Of a stretch of DNA of 64,000 bases, positions 55,527 through 64,000 are shown one piece after another. The notes under the pieces are model-generated. The model was given only the letters and a program-made list of their open reading frames with translations. It ran no database searches and was not told the DNA's origin. Numbering within the stretch: the first letter of the stretch is position 1; each line of letters starts with the position of its first letter. Both the position numbers and the translations under genes were made by a program. The stretch spans positions 7,838 to 71,837 of the forward strand of contig CAVVHW010000015.1 in assembly GCA_963748225.1 (NCBI GenBank), written 5' to 3'. Source of the stretch: an uncultured Acidobacteriaceae bacterium (GTDB lineage Bacteria > Acidobacteriota > Terriglobia > Terriglobales > Acidobacteriaceae).

Positions 55527-56588
55527 ATGAAGCTAGCCCTGGACAGCTTCCAATCAAGACCCCTCCCCAAGAGCTTCGTTATCGAACTGACCAAACGCTG
55601 CAACAATCATTGTCTCTATTGCTACATGACAGAGGGACCCTCTGCGCAGGACTGCGACCGTGATCGAAGCAGCGAGATGAACGCCCAAGAGGTGACTGAC
55701 GTTATTGGGAAGTTGTGTGACGAGGCTCCCGTGCAATCGATCGCTTTGTCTGGGGGTGAGCCGCTATTGCGAGAGGATCTCCCCGAGATCCTCTCATTCA
55801 TTCGCAATAAAGGAATAGCCCCCGTCGTCATCACCAATGGCACGCTATTAACAGCGGAACGACTTGCATCTTTGGGCACAGATGTTACCTACGAGATCAC
55901 TCTGCTCAGCTATCGTCGCCAGGTGCACGACCGGCTGGCGGGGCGCCGAGGAGCCTGGGATGCCGCAGTGGACGGTATGGCGAATGTCCGGCAGGCCAAA
56001 GGCAATTTCGTAACTGTGTTTGTAGCTACCAAACTCAACAGTGACGAGGTCGGCAAAACCGCAGAACTGGCCCTTGCCCTGGGCGCGACCGGCTTGATGT
56101 ATAACCGCATGAACCTGGGCGCACACAACATTCGCAATGCCGATCGCCTGCTGCCAACCGCTGCCACGATTCGACAAAACCTGGATAGCTTAGAGGAACT
56201 GAGTGCGCGGTACCAATTGCCGGTCGCAGTCGCGGTGGCCATCGAGCCGTGTGTAATCGACACACGACAGTACAAACAGATTCATTTTGGCTGGTGCCCG
56301 CTGGCGGGAGAAGGATCGTACTTCACTGTCGATCCGAGCGGGAATGTGCGCATCTGCAATCACTCGGGCGTCATTCTAGGTAACCTGAAGACGGATCGCT
56401 TCACTGACATCTACTACAACCATCCTTACGTGCGGGCTTTTCGCGAGACCTGGCCCGCGGAGTGCGAGAGTTGCGAGCCGGAACTCAAGGCCATTTGCTG
56501 CGGAGGCTGTAAAGCCGCGGCCGAACAGTGCTACGGCAGCCTCGCAAAAGTTGATCCTTTTGTGACCATAAGCCGGCAGGCAAACTGA
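55527..56588 (+). CDS. radical SAM protein with C-terminal SPASM domain (peptide/protein-modifying maturase type)
   Basis: CNNHCLYC (CxxxCxxC) near the N-terminus, the SAM-binding GGEPLL, and a C-terminal Cys-rich CPLAGEGSYFTVDPSGNVRICNH ... CESCEPELKAICCGGCKAAA typical of SPASM auxiliary clusters. Confidence 0.85.
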   Translation: MKLALDSFQSRPLPKSFVIELTKRCNNHCLYCYMTEGPSAQDCDRDRSSEMNAQEVTDVIGKLCDEAPVQSIALSGGEPLLREDLPEILSFIRNKGIAPVVITNGTLLTAERLASLGTDVTYEITLLSYRRQVHDRLAGRRGAWDAAVDGMANVRQAKGNFVTVFVATKLNSDEVGKTAELALALGATGLMYNRMNLGAHNIRNADRLLPTAATIRQNLDSLEELSARYQLPVAVAVAIEPCVIDTRQYKQIHFGWCPLAGEGSYFTVDPSGNVRICNHSGVILGNLKTDRFTDIYYNHPYVRAFRETWPAECESCEPELKAICCGGCKAAAEQCYGSLAKVDPFVTISRQAN

Positions 56589-56624
56589 CCGTGTGGGTTC
56601 GCAGTTTGACGCTGCCAAAAAGAT

Positions 56625-56662
56625 TTCCGCTCCTCTGTGCCCCCCGTGCCTCCATGTTAAAA
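56625..56662. repeat. solo right-end copy of the CACGGAGG-type element
   Basis: ttccgctcctctgtgccccccgtgcctccatgttaaaaa resembles the right terminus actccgtgccctccgtgcctccgtggtgaaaaa at 60549-60581. Confidence 0.45.
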
Positions 56663-56684
56663 ATACTCGCTACAATCGTCTGCA

Positions 56685-57938
56685 ATGTCTTTCCGCTTCC
56701 AGGTTGAAGCGCGCGATGGTGCAGCCCGCGCCGGACGTTTCTTCACGCCGCACGGTGAAGTCCGGACCCCCGTCTTCATGCCGGTGGGAACGCTGGCGAC
56801 GGTCAAGGGCGTCCCGCAAGGCACGCTGGAAGAGCTGGGCGTCCAGATCCTGCTGAACAACACCTACCATCTTTATCTGCGCCCGGGCGTCGAGATGGTC
56901 CGCCGACTTGGCGGGGTGCAGAAGTTCATGGCCTGGGACCGTCCCATCCTCACCGACTCCGGCGGCTTTCAGGTGTTCAGCCTCAGCGATCTGCGCAAGG
57001 TCACGGAAGAAGGCGTGGCGTTCCGTTCTCACCTCGACGGGTCATCACATTTTTTCAGTCCGGAGAGTGCCATCGCGGCCGAGATTGGCCTGGGCGCCGA
57101 CATCATCATGGCGTTCGACGAATGTACCGAGCATCCCGCGGAGTACTCGCGCACGGAAGCGTCGATGGAGATGACGCTGCGCTGGGCAGCGCGCAGCAAG
57201 AGGTATTTCGAAGAGCACAAACATGAAGTGCCGTGGTATTCACGCGGACTGAAGTCGGCGGGAGAATTTAATGTCGCGCTGAACGGCACGGCTGAAGCCG
57301 CGTCCCTTCAAAGCGAAAGCGAAACCCAAACGCTCTTCGGAATTGTGCAGGGCGGCATGTTTCCCGATCTGCGTCGTGAATCAGCGCAGCGGACAGTTGA
57401 GCTTGATTTCCCGGGCTATGCGATCGGAGGCTTGAGTGTCGGCGAACCGCGCCCCATGACCTACGAAATGGTGGACGCCGCCATCCGCTTCCTCCCTGAG
57501 GACAAGCCGCGTTACCTAATGGGAGTGGGCACGCCGGAGGAGATTGTGCACTACGTGGCCATGGGTGTGGACATGATGGACTGCGTGCTACCCACACGGG
57601 CGGCGCGGCACGGGTTGCTGTTCACTTCCGAAGGCCGCCTCACGATCAAGAACGCTCGCTATGCCACCGACGACGGTCCGCTCGACCCCAAGTGCGCCTG
57701 CCAGGTCTGCTGCCGCTATTCACGGGCTTATCTGCGGCATCTGTATGCCTCGAACGAGCTACTCGCGCAGGTGTTGAACACCGTCCACAACCTGGCATAT
57801 TACCTTGACACTATGAGGAGGGTGCGGCAAGCTATAATACTTGGGGAATTAGCGATTTTTCTTTCTGGCATCCGGCCACCGCATCTCCCACCCCAATCCG
57901 CGCAAAAGGGGCGCGGCTCGGGGACCCCGGAAAGCTGA
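56685..57938 (+). CDS. tgt: tRNA-guanine transglycosylase (queuine tRNA-ribosyltransferase) with repeat-derived insertion
   Basis: ARAGRFFTPHGEVRTPVFMPVGT, TDSGGFQV, GIVQGG, LMGVGTPEE, and the zinc site CACQVCCRYSRAYLRHL. An extra ~30 aa lies before GIVQGG. Confidence 0.95.
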   Translation: MSFRFQVEARDGAARAGRFFTPHGEVRTPVFMPVGTLATVKGVPQGTLEELGVQILLNNTYHLYLRPGVEMVRRLGGVQKFMAWDRPILTDSGGFQVFSLSDLRKVTEEGVAFRSHLDGSSHFFSPESAIAAEIGLGADIIMAFDECTEHPAEYSRTEASMEMTLRWAARSKRYFEEHKHEVPWYSRGLKSAGEFNVALNGTAEAASLQSESETQTLFGIVQGGMFPDLRRESAQRTVELDFPGYAIGGLSVGEPRPMTYEMVDAAIRFLPEDKPRYLMGVGTPEEIVHYVAMGVDMMDCVLPTRAARHGLLFTSEGRLTIKNARYATDDGPLDPKCACQVCCRYSRAYLRHLYASNELLAQVLNTVHNLAYYLDTMRRVRQAIILGELAIFLSGIRPPHLPPQSAQKGRGSGTPES

Positions 57939-58104
57939 GCGTTCCTTAGCAGCCTTCGCTGTTCAGGTCCCCGGCAAAAACGCGATACTATATCAAGGTC
58001 AGGGCCGCGTCCTTGGCTGGCTAAACAGTTGCTGAAAAGCGACGTTCGGGTGATGCGGGCCTTTAAGCTGCTCCCGGGCGGTCTCCAGGAAAGTCGAAAG
58101 GCAA

Positions 58105-58422
58105 ATGGCCATTTTGGCAGTTATGTTCGTGCAGGGTATCGGCGGCTCAGCCCCGATCCTGATGATGGTTGCGATTTTCGCAATCTTCTATGTTCTCTTG
58201 ATCATGCCGCAGCAGCGCAAGCAGAAGAAGTGGCAGGCCATGTTGCAGCAGATCAAGCCCGGCGACCGGGTGATCACCAGCGGTGGTCTTACCGGTGCCA
58301 TCATGTCCGTAAAGGATGATGCTGTCGTTCTCCGGGTTCCTCCGGACAACATTAAGATCGAAGTGGCACGCTCCTCTATCGTCACGTTGACGACCGCGGA
58401 GGACACCCCCAAGTTGAAGTAG
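58105..58422 (+). CDS. yajC: preprotein translocase subunit YajC
   Basis: One TM segment, then MPQQRKQKKWQAMLQQIKPGDRVITSGGLTGAI. It sits directly upstream of secD. Confidence 0.92.
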   Translation: MAILAVMFVQGIGGSAPILMMVAIFAIFYVLLIMPQQRKQKKWQAMLQQIKPGDRVITSGGLTGAIMSVKDDAVVLRVPPDNIKIEVARSSIVTLTTAEDTPKLK

Positions 58423-58435
58423 GTAGCCGTCTCTC

Positions 58436-60055
58436 ATGAATAAGAATCTCCTCCTCAAAACAGTTTTGATTGTCGCGGTGCTGATCTTCTTTCTCTTCGG
58501 CATCTTTGGAATCCCCGGGAGTCTCACCGGCGAAGGGTTGAAGGCTGCGGTGCAGAAGCGCATCCACCTGGGCCTTGATCTCAAAGGCGGGACTCACCTG
58601 ATCCTTCAGGTACAGGTCAACGACGCGGTCAACGCCGACAGTGACCGTGCGGTGGAACGGCTGAAAGACTCCCTGAAGAGCGCTAACATCGCCTTCGGAG
58701 AAATCTCCAAGCCCGACCCGCAGAACCACCCGGAGCTGATCCAGATTAAGGGTGTGCCGCCGGAGTCCTCGTCCGAACTGCGTCGCATCGTCAACGAGAA
58801 GCTGGGCGATTACGATCTCGCCTCGGGCGCTGAGAACACCTGGACTGTCACCATGAAGCCCTCGATCGCCAATGACACCAAGAAGAAAGCGGTGCAGCAG
58901 GCCATCGAAACCATCCGCAATCGAATCGATCAGCTTGGCGTGTCCGAGCCGGTCATTCAGGAGCATGGACTGGGCGACTATCAGATCCTGGTGCAGTTGC
59001 CGGGTGTGGACGATCCCGCCCGCGTGAAAGAGATCATGCAGTCCACGGCCATGCTGGAGATTCGGCAGGCGGTCAAGGGGCCTTATCCGTCGGAGCAAGC
59101 CGCCATGCAAGACAACGGTGGCATACTTCCACCCGACACGGTTCTGATGAAGGGCAATATGCCGCACCCGCAGAATCCTGATGAGTCTGGCGACGTGTAC
59201 TGGCTCATCAGCCGTTCCTCCGCGGTAAGCGGTGCCGACCTGCGTTCCGCCGATGCGGGCCGTGACGAGAACGGCCGCGCCGATGTCAATTTCACTCTAA
59301 CCGGTGACGGCGGACGGCGCTTTGCCGCCTTCACCGGAGCCCATGTCGGCGACAAGCTGGCCGTGGTGCTCGATAACAAAGTGAAGTCGGTAGCCACCAT
59401 TCAGGAGCAGATCCACGATACCGGCCGCATCACCGGATCGTTCACTCCTGAAGAGACCCAGGATCTGGCGTTGACACTGCGCTCCGGCGCACTGCCGGCA
59501 GGAATCAAGTACCTGCAGGAGGTCACGGTGGGGCCGTCGCTGGGGGCCGATTCCATTCGCGAGGGCGTGCGCGCGGCGGTCGTTGGCATGGTTGCCGTGC
59601 TCATCTTCATGCTCTTCTACTACCACGCAGCCGGGATCAACGCCGACCTCGGGTTGATCCTGAACCTGGTGATCCTGCTGGGATTCCTCGGTTACAGCGG
59701 TGCGACGCTCACCCTGCCGGGAATCGCGGGTGTGATTCTGACCGTCGGTATGGGCGTGGATTCCAACGTTCTGATCTTCGAGCGCATTCGTGAGGAGTTG
59801 CGACACGGTAAGACACCCTCTTCCGCTGTGGACCAGGGTTTTGCTCACGCCTGGACGACGATTATCGATACGCACGTCACGACTATCGTGTCGGCGATCA
59901 TCCTGTTCCTGTTCGGAACCGGCCCGGTAAAAGGATTTGCCGTGACCCTCAGCTTCGGTCTGGCGGCGAACCTGTTCACCGCGGTTTTCGTCTCGCGCGT
60001 GATTTTCGAATCCATTCTCAGTCGCCATCAGCGTGGCGAGCCATTGAGCATTTAG
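58436..60055 (+). CDS. secD: protein translocase subunit SecD
   Basis: N-terminal TM segment, a large periplasmic domain (LGLDLKGG, GVSEPVIQ), and a C-terminal 5-TM bundle with GIAGVILTVGMGVDSNVLIFERIREE. Confidence 0.95.
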   Translation: MNKNLLLKTVLIVAVLIFFLFGIFGIPGSLTGEGLKAAVQKRIHLGLDLKGGTHLILQVQVNDAVNADSDRAVERLKDSLKSANIAFGEISKPDPQNHPELIQIKGVPPESSSELRRIVNEKLGDYDLASGAENTWTVTMKPSIANDTKKKAVQQAIETIRNRIDQLGVSEPVIQEHGLGDYQILVQLPGVDDPARVKEIMQSTAMLEIRQAVKGPYPSEQAAMQDNGGILPPDTVLMKGNMPHPQNPDESGDVYWLISRSSAVSGADLRSADAGRDENGRADVNFTLTGDGGRRFAAFTGAHVGDKLAVVLDNKVKSVATIQEQIHDTGRITGSFTPEETQDLALTLRSGALPAGIKYLQEVTVGPSLGADSIREGVRAAVVGMVAVLIFMLFYYHAAGINADLGLILNLVILLGFLGYSGATLTLPGIAGVILTVGMGVDSNVLIFERIREELRHGKTPSSAVDQGFAHAWTTIIDTHVTTIVSAIILFLFGTGPVKGFAVTLSFGLAANLFTAVFVSRVIFESILSRHQRGEPLSI

Positions 60056-60062
60056 AGGCGTG

Positions 60063-60578
60063 TTCACCACGGAGGCACCGAGGACACAGCGTTTTAAAAA
60101 AATTGGGGAGAAATTCCTAGAAAGCTACGGAGTTCATGATCGGCGAGATGCAGAGAACGACCGGAAGGGTTGAGCTTATTGAAGCCGAGCTAACCGGCGA
60201 GATCATCGGGGCTGCTGTTTCTGTGCATCGGGAACTCGGGCCGGGTTTGCTTGAATCGACCTATGAAGCCTGCATGTGTCATGAGTTTGAACTGAGAGAA
60301 ATTCCGTTTCGCTGCCAGGTTGAGTTGCCTGTGGAGTACAAAGGCTGCCATCTGGACTGCGGATATCGCATTGACTTGGTTGTGGACAATCGTGTGATTG
60401 TCCAACTCAAATCGGTCGAAGGTTTATCGGCCATTCACGAATCGCAATTGCTCACTTATCTGAGGCTAAGCAGGCTACAGGTTGGACTACTTATCAATTT
60501 CAACGTTCCCATCCTGCGCAAGGGCATTGTAAGAAGAGTTTTATAGAAACTCCGTGCCCTCCGTGCCTCCGTGGTGAA
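60063..60578. mobile_element. TIR-bounded mini-element carrying a GxxExxY gene, inserted between secD and secF
   Basis: The left terminus 60063-60094 is ttcaccacggaggcaccgaggacacagcgttt. The reverse complement of the right terminus 60547-60578 is ttcaccacggaggcacggagggcacggagttt. The first 16 nt are identical and 28 of 32 match. The right TIR begins immediately after the cargo stop codon. Confidence 0.65.
60136..60546 (+). CDS. GxxExxY-family protein (PD-(D/E)XK nuclease-like fold)
   Basis: ELGPGLLESTYEACM contains the G-L-L-E-S-T-Y motif. RIDLVVDNRVIVQLKSV corresponds to the family's D...(E)xK block but has Gln where Glu is usual. LLTYLRLSRLQVGLLINF is the conserved C-terminal region. Confidence 0.85.
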   Translation: MIGEMQRTTGRVELIEAELTGEIIGAAVSVHRELGPGLLESTYEACMCHEFELREIPFRCQVELPVEYKGCHLDCGYRIDLVVDNRVIVQLKSVEGLSAIHESQLLTYLRLSRLQVGLLINFNVPILRKGIVRRVL

Positions 60579-60599
60579 AAATTAGCAAGGGGTTTAGCG

Positions 60600-61817
60600 G
60601 TGGAGTTATTTCGCGATACCAATATCGATTTCCTGGGCAAGAAGTGGTATTTCCTTGCCTTCTCCCTGGTGTTCAGCGTCGCCGGAATCTGTTCCATGTT
60701 GTTCTGGCACCACATCCCCCTGGGGGTGGAGTTCCGCGGCGGCACGCTGGTTTACGTCAAGTTCGCGCAGACGCCTGACCTTGACCAGATTCGTCGCGAC
60801 ATGGACCGGGCCGGACTGCATGATCCCCGCATCCAGCGCTTCGGTCCGACCGCCGACAACGAGGTGCTGGTCGATCTGGGTATCCAGGAAACCAGCGAAG
60901 CGGCGCTCGACAAGGGCAAGAACACCATCATCAAAGCCCTGCAGGTCCGCAGCCCGGTCGCCGAAGGCAAGCAAGACCTGAATAACGTGGGCACCGCCAG
61001 CTTGCAGCAGTACCTGCTGCAGAAAGACCCGCTGCATTTGGGCATTGACGCCGGTCCCAAGTATGAAACCATCGCCCAACAGATTGAGGACTTCCGCAAC
61101 AAAGAGCGCGGCGGCATTTTGACTTCGATGGATGAGCTGCGCGGAGTCGTTGCTCCCGAGGTAATCAGCGCGCTGCAGCAGGACTTCTACACCTCCAACT
61201 TTGTGGTGCGCAACGTCGAAATCGTGGGACCGCAGGTGGGCTCGCAGCTGCGCCGTCAGGCCATCATGGCCACGTTGTACTCGCTGGCTGGAATGCTGAT
61301 TTATCTATGGTTCCGCTTTGAGATGATTTACGGCGTGGGCGCGGTTGTGGCCTGCTTCCACGACACCATTATCACGGTGGGCTTCTTCTCCTTGCTCGAT
61401 AAAGAAATAAGCCTGACCGTGATCGCGGCCATCTTGACGCTGATTGGCTACTCGATGAACGACACCATCGTCGTCTTCGACCGTATTCGCGAAAACATTA
61501 AGCTGCTGCGTCGTGAACCGCTGGCCGATATTGTCAATAAGAGCATCAACCAGACACTGAGCCGAACCATCCTGACCTCCGGCCTCACCTTCCTCACCGT
61601 ACTTTCGTTGTACTTGTTTGGCGGCGAGGTGCTGCGTGGATTTTCATTGGCCCTGGTAATTGGAATCTTGATCGGAACGTATTCGTCGATTGCCGTGGCG
61701 GCGCCTATGTTGGTGGCTTATCAGGACTGGCGGTCCAAGCGAGCCGGACAGTCCGCGGCTCAGCGCACGTCGTCACCTCGTGACAAGTCTCGCGAAAAAG
61801 TGAAGGTCAAGGCCTAG
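60600..61817 (+). CDS. secF: protein translocase subunit SecF
   Basis: GTG start. FLGKKWYFLAFSLVFSV, GVEFRGGT, and a C-terminal TM bundle with GYSMNDTIVVFDRIREN. Confidence 0.95.
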   Translation: MELFRDTNIDFLGKKWYFLAFSLVFSVAGICSMLFWHHIPLGVEFRGGTLVYVKFAQTPDLDQIRRDMDRAGLHDPRIQRFGPTADNEVLVDLGIQETSEAALDKGKNTIIKALQVRSPVAEGKQDLNNVGTASLQQYLLQKDPLHLGIDAGPKYETIAQQIEDFRNKERGGILTSMDELRGVVAPEVISALQQDFYTSNFVVRNVEIVGPQVGSQLRRQAIMATLYSLAGMLIYLWFRFEMIYGVGAVVACFHDTIITVGFFSLLDKEISLTVIAAILTLIGYSMNDTIVVFDRIRENIKLLRREPLADIVNKSINQTLSRTILTSGLTFLTVLSLYLFGGEVLRGFSLALVIGILIGTYSSIAVAAPMLVAYQDWRSKRAGQSAAQRTSSPRDKSREKVKVKA

Positions 61818-62142
61818 GCATACCTAATCGAGCGCGGATCGGTCGCGACTTGCGAATAGGAGCTGCCGACCCAGGTAAATCGTGGCCGGTAGGATTTTGA
61901 GCAACCTCCGCTGGTATACGGTTCATCCGACTCGCCCAAGGTCGGCTGATTGGCCAGTACGCTGGATTTGACGCCGGAGCGGGCGCACGGGTGTATACTT
62001 CGGTCGCCGTTCTAGGACACTCGTTCCCAGATTGAAACACGACTTCTGTTTGACGAGTTTTCGGGTGCAATTTGTGGATTGTGGGAGCAAAAAACTGACA
62101 GACGGTGTCTAAGTAATCGAAGCATCAGACGGAGAACAGGCC

Positions 62143-62877
62143 ATGTTTGAAGACAGCCTCGTAGAATCGGGAGGCAGGCTTAAGGGAAAGCGCGGCGCCA
62201 CCACCGCATTTTCCTTCATCCTGCAGATCGTGCTGATTGGCGTTCTAGTATTGTTGCCATTGATCTTCACCGAGGCGTTGCCCCGGCAGCAGCTGATGAC
62301 ATTCCTGGTTGCTCCCCCGCCGCCTCCTCCCCCGCCACCGCCACCGGCGGCCGCTCCGGTCATAGTGAAAAAGATCCAGAGTGAATTGGATAACGGCCAG
62401 TTGCGTACCCCGACAAAAATTCCTAAGAAGATTGAGATGATCAAAGAGGATGAGGCTCCGCCAAATACTGGCGTGGCTGGAGTAGTGGGCGGTGTGCCGG
62501 GCGGCGTACCCGGCGGTAGCATGGGCGGCGTTCTCGGCGGGGTGCTTAGCTCCACGCCCGTGGCCATTCCTAAGGCCGCGACCCCGCAGCGCGTCCGTGT
62601 ATCGCAGGGCGTCTCGCAGGGATTATTGATTCACAAAGTGCAACCGGCCTATCCGGCGCTTGCCCGCCAGGCTCGTATTCAAGGTACAGTTGTTTTGCAG
62701 GCCCTGATCGGCAAGGATGGCGCAATTCAGAACTTGCATGTGGTTAGCGGCCACCCGATGCTTACCGGCGCTGCCCTGGATGCCGTCAAACAGTGGAGGT
62801 ACAAGCCGTACTACCTCAATGGCGAGCCGGTGGAAGTTGAGACCACGATCAACGTTAATTTCACGTTGGGCGGTTAA
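62143..62877 (+). CDS. tonB: TonB-family energy transducer
   Basis: N-terminal TM anchor, a Pro run (PPPPPPPPPPPP), and a C-terminal TonB domain YPALARQARIQGTVVLQALIGKDGAIQNLHVVSG...AALDAVKQWRYKPY. Confidence 0.9.
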   Translation: MFEDSLVESGGRLKGKRGATTAFSFILQIVLIGVLVLLPLIFTEALPRQQLMTFLVAPPPPPPPPPPPAAAPVIVKKIQSELDNGQLRTPTKIPKKIEMIKEDEAPPNTGVAGVVGGVPGGVPGGSMGGVLGGVLSSTPVAIPKAATPQRVRVSQGVSQGLLIHKVQPAYPALARQARIQGTVVLQALIGKDGAIQNLHVVSGHPMLTGAALDAVKQWRYKPYYLNGEPVEVETTINVNFTLGG

Positions 62878-63004
62878 ATGGTGCGCGGATTGGTATTTCA
62901 CGCATCTAAGTCGATGCCGGTTGCGCGGCGTTGTATTCGCGGAGCGTTTTGATTTCCAGCTCATGTGAGGCACATGAGCTGTTGGTTCACGTATAGAGGG
63001 CAAA

Positions 63005-63083
63005 TTCGCCACCGAGGCATAAAGGTCACGGAGAAAACTCGACAGAAAGCAAGACTCCGTGTTCTCCGTGTCTCCCTGGTGAA
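63005..63083. repeat. CACGGAGG-type MITE-like element between tonB and exbB
   Basis: ttcgccaccgaggcat ... cacggagaaaac ... ctccgtgttctccgtgtctccctggtgaa. The termini are inverted. Confidence 0.55.
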
Positions 63084-63222
63084 TCATTTTTGCGGTGCCG
63101 ATTAAAGCTCACAACAGTTGTGTGGGAACGGTAATCGGCTCCGGATATTCGAATCATCTGCAGTACCAGTAGCACAATGTTGGTCTGCTGTAACGAAAGT
63201 TCTGAGGAGGAAAAGTCCACCC

Positions 63223-63975
63223 ATGTTTCTAGCTAACCTTACCACCTACGCTCTCAGCCACGTACCTACGGCTGCCGCTTGGATTTTCCAGGAAGCGACC
63301 GTGGGCTGGGATCCCATCTCTCTGTGGAAGCAGATGGGCATTTTGGCCAAGATCGTGGTTTTCATTCTGTTCATCATGTCGGGTTGGTCGATCGGCGTCA
63401 TGATCGATCGCGCCATGGCATTCAGTGCGGCTCGCAAACAGTCGCGTGCATTTGCTCCCGCGGTTGCCGGCGCCCTGCGAGAAGGCAAAATTGAGGAAGC
63501 CATCAAGGTTGCCGAGCGCAACAAGAAGAGCCATTTGGCGAAAGTCGTCGTCGCCGGCCTGCAGGAGTTCAGGGCCCATGGTGATTCCAATGACATCCCC
63601 GGCGAGCAGCTCGAGGCCTCCAAGCGCGCTCTCGAGCGTGCCGAAGCCATCGTGCACGCCGAGTTGAAGCGCGGTCTGGGCGGCCTTGCCACCATCGGTT
63701 CGACAGCCCCCTTCGTCGGGTTGCTGGGCACGGTGGTCGGCATTATCAACGCCTTCAAAGAGATTTCCACCCAGAAAGCGACCGGCCTAGGGGCGGTCAG
63801 CGGCGGTATCTCGGAAGCGCTGGTGACCACCGCTATCGGACTTTTCGTCGCCATCCCGGCCGTCTGGATGTTCAACTACTTCACTAACAAGGTGGAAGCC
63901 TTCGACGTGGAAATGGATAACAGCTCCAGCGAGTTGATTGACTACTTCCTCAAGAAGCGCGCGATTCGCCGGTAA
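63223..63975 (+). CDS. exbB: MotA/TolQ/ExbB proton-channel protein
   Basis: Three TM segments and the conserved LATIGSTAPFVGLLGTVVGIINAF...GGISEALVTTAIGLFVAIPA. GAGGAGG precedes ATG 63223. It follows tonB. Confidence 0.9.
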   Translation: MFLANLTTYALSHVPTAAAWIFQEATVGWDPISLWKQMGILAKIVVFILFIMSGWSIGVMIDRAMAFSAARKQSRAFAPAVAGALREGKIEEAIKVAERNKKSHLAKVVVAGLQEFRAHGDSNDIPGEQLEASKRALERAEAIVHAELKRGLGGLATIGSTAPFVGLLGTVVGIINAFKEISTQKATGLGAVSGGISEALVTTAIGLFVAIPAVWMFNYFTNKVEAFDVEMDNSSSELIDYFLKKRAIRR

Positions 63976-64000
63976 CTGGAGGCGCAATTGGTTTGCGCTG

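Noticed and set aside
56593-56856. ORF immediately after the radical SAM gene that starts MGSQFDAAKKISAPLCPPCLHV.... It was tempting as a Cys-containing RiPP precursor.
   Set aside because: The Cys-Pro-Pro-Cys segment is simply the translation of the CACGGAGG-type repeat remnant. The ORF runs 170 nt into tgt in a different frame and has no SD.
62290-62345. Homopolymeric CCN run considered as a simple-sequence repeat or contingency locus.
   Set aside because: It encodes the proline-rich spacer that is a normal part of TonB.

Overview
This is a high-GC (roughly 60% by eye) bacterial chromosomal segment. Its gene content and repeat style look Acidobacteriota-like, but that is inference only. 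Most of it is housekeeping: hsp20-clpB, der, a DinG-like helicase, queD-queE-queC, kbl, hemL, rplU-rpmA-obg, mnmG, tgt-yajC-secD-secF and tonB-exbB. It also carries an S9 and an M48 peptidase, an MFS exporter, a GH13 amylase and three PEP-CTERM proteins. I found no rRNA, tRNA or CRISPR array.

Accessory content:
- Toxin-antitoxin modules: DUF433/DUF5615 and VapBC (plus a vapC fragment).
- Toxin-antitoxin remnants: a truncated YoeB and an orphan HigA-like HTH.
- Two IS1-like transposase remnants.
- Two low-GC islets.

Standouts:
1. A translationally coupled ComF-like PRTase + small SLOG/DprA-like pair (ShosTA-like, 16.5-17.7 kb) in a low-GC islet.
2. A radical SAM/SPASM maturase with a co-oriented 111-aa ORF (55.1-56.6 kb), bracketed by MITE-like repeats.
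3. A GxxExxY PD-(D/E)XK-family gene bounded by 32-nt terminal inverted repeats and wedged between secD and secF, with cargo-less copies of the same termini elsewhere.
4. Intergenic hairpin-repeat families that also occur in frame inside der, mnmG and tgt.
5. Five apparent single-nucleotide frame breaks clustered at 22.8-30.8 kb (queE, DUF2085, M48 peptidase, and a BNR protein twice).
6. Two genes whose Shine-Dalgarno-positioned start is CTG.

All calls come from reading the translations and sequence by eye. No searches or alignments were run, and start codons are often uncertain.
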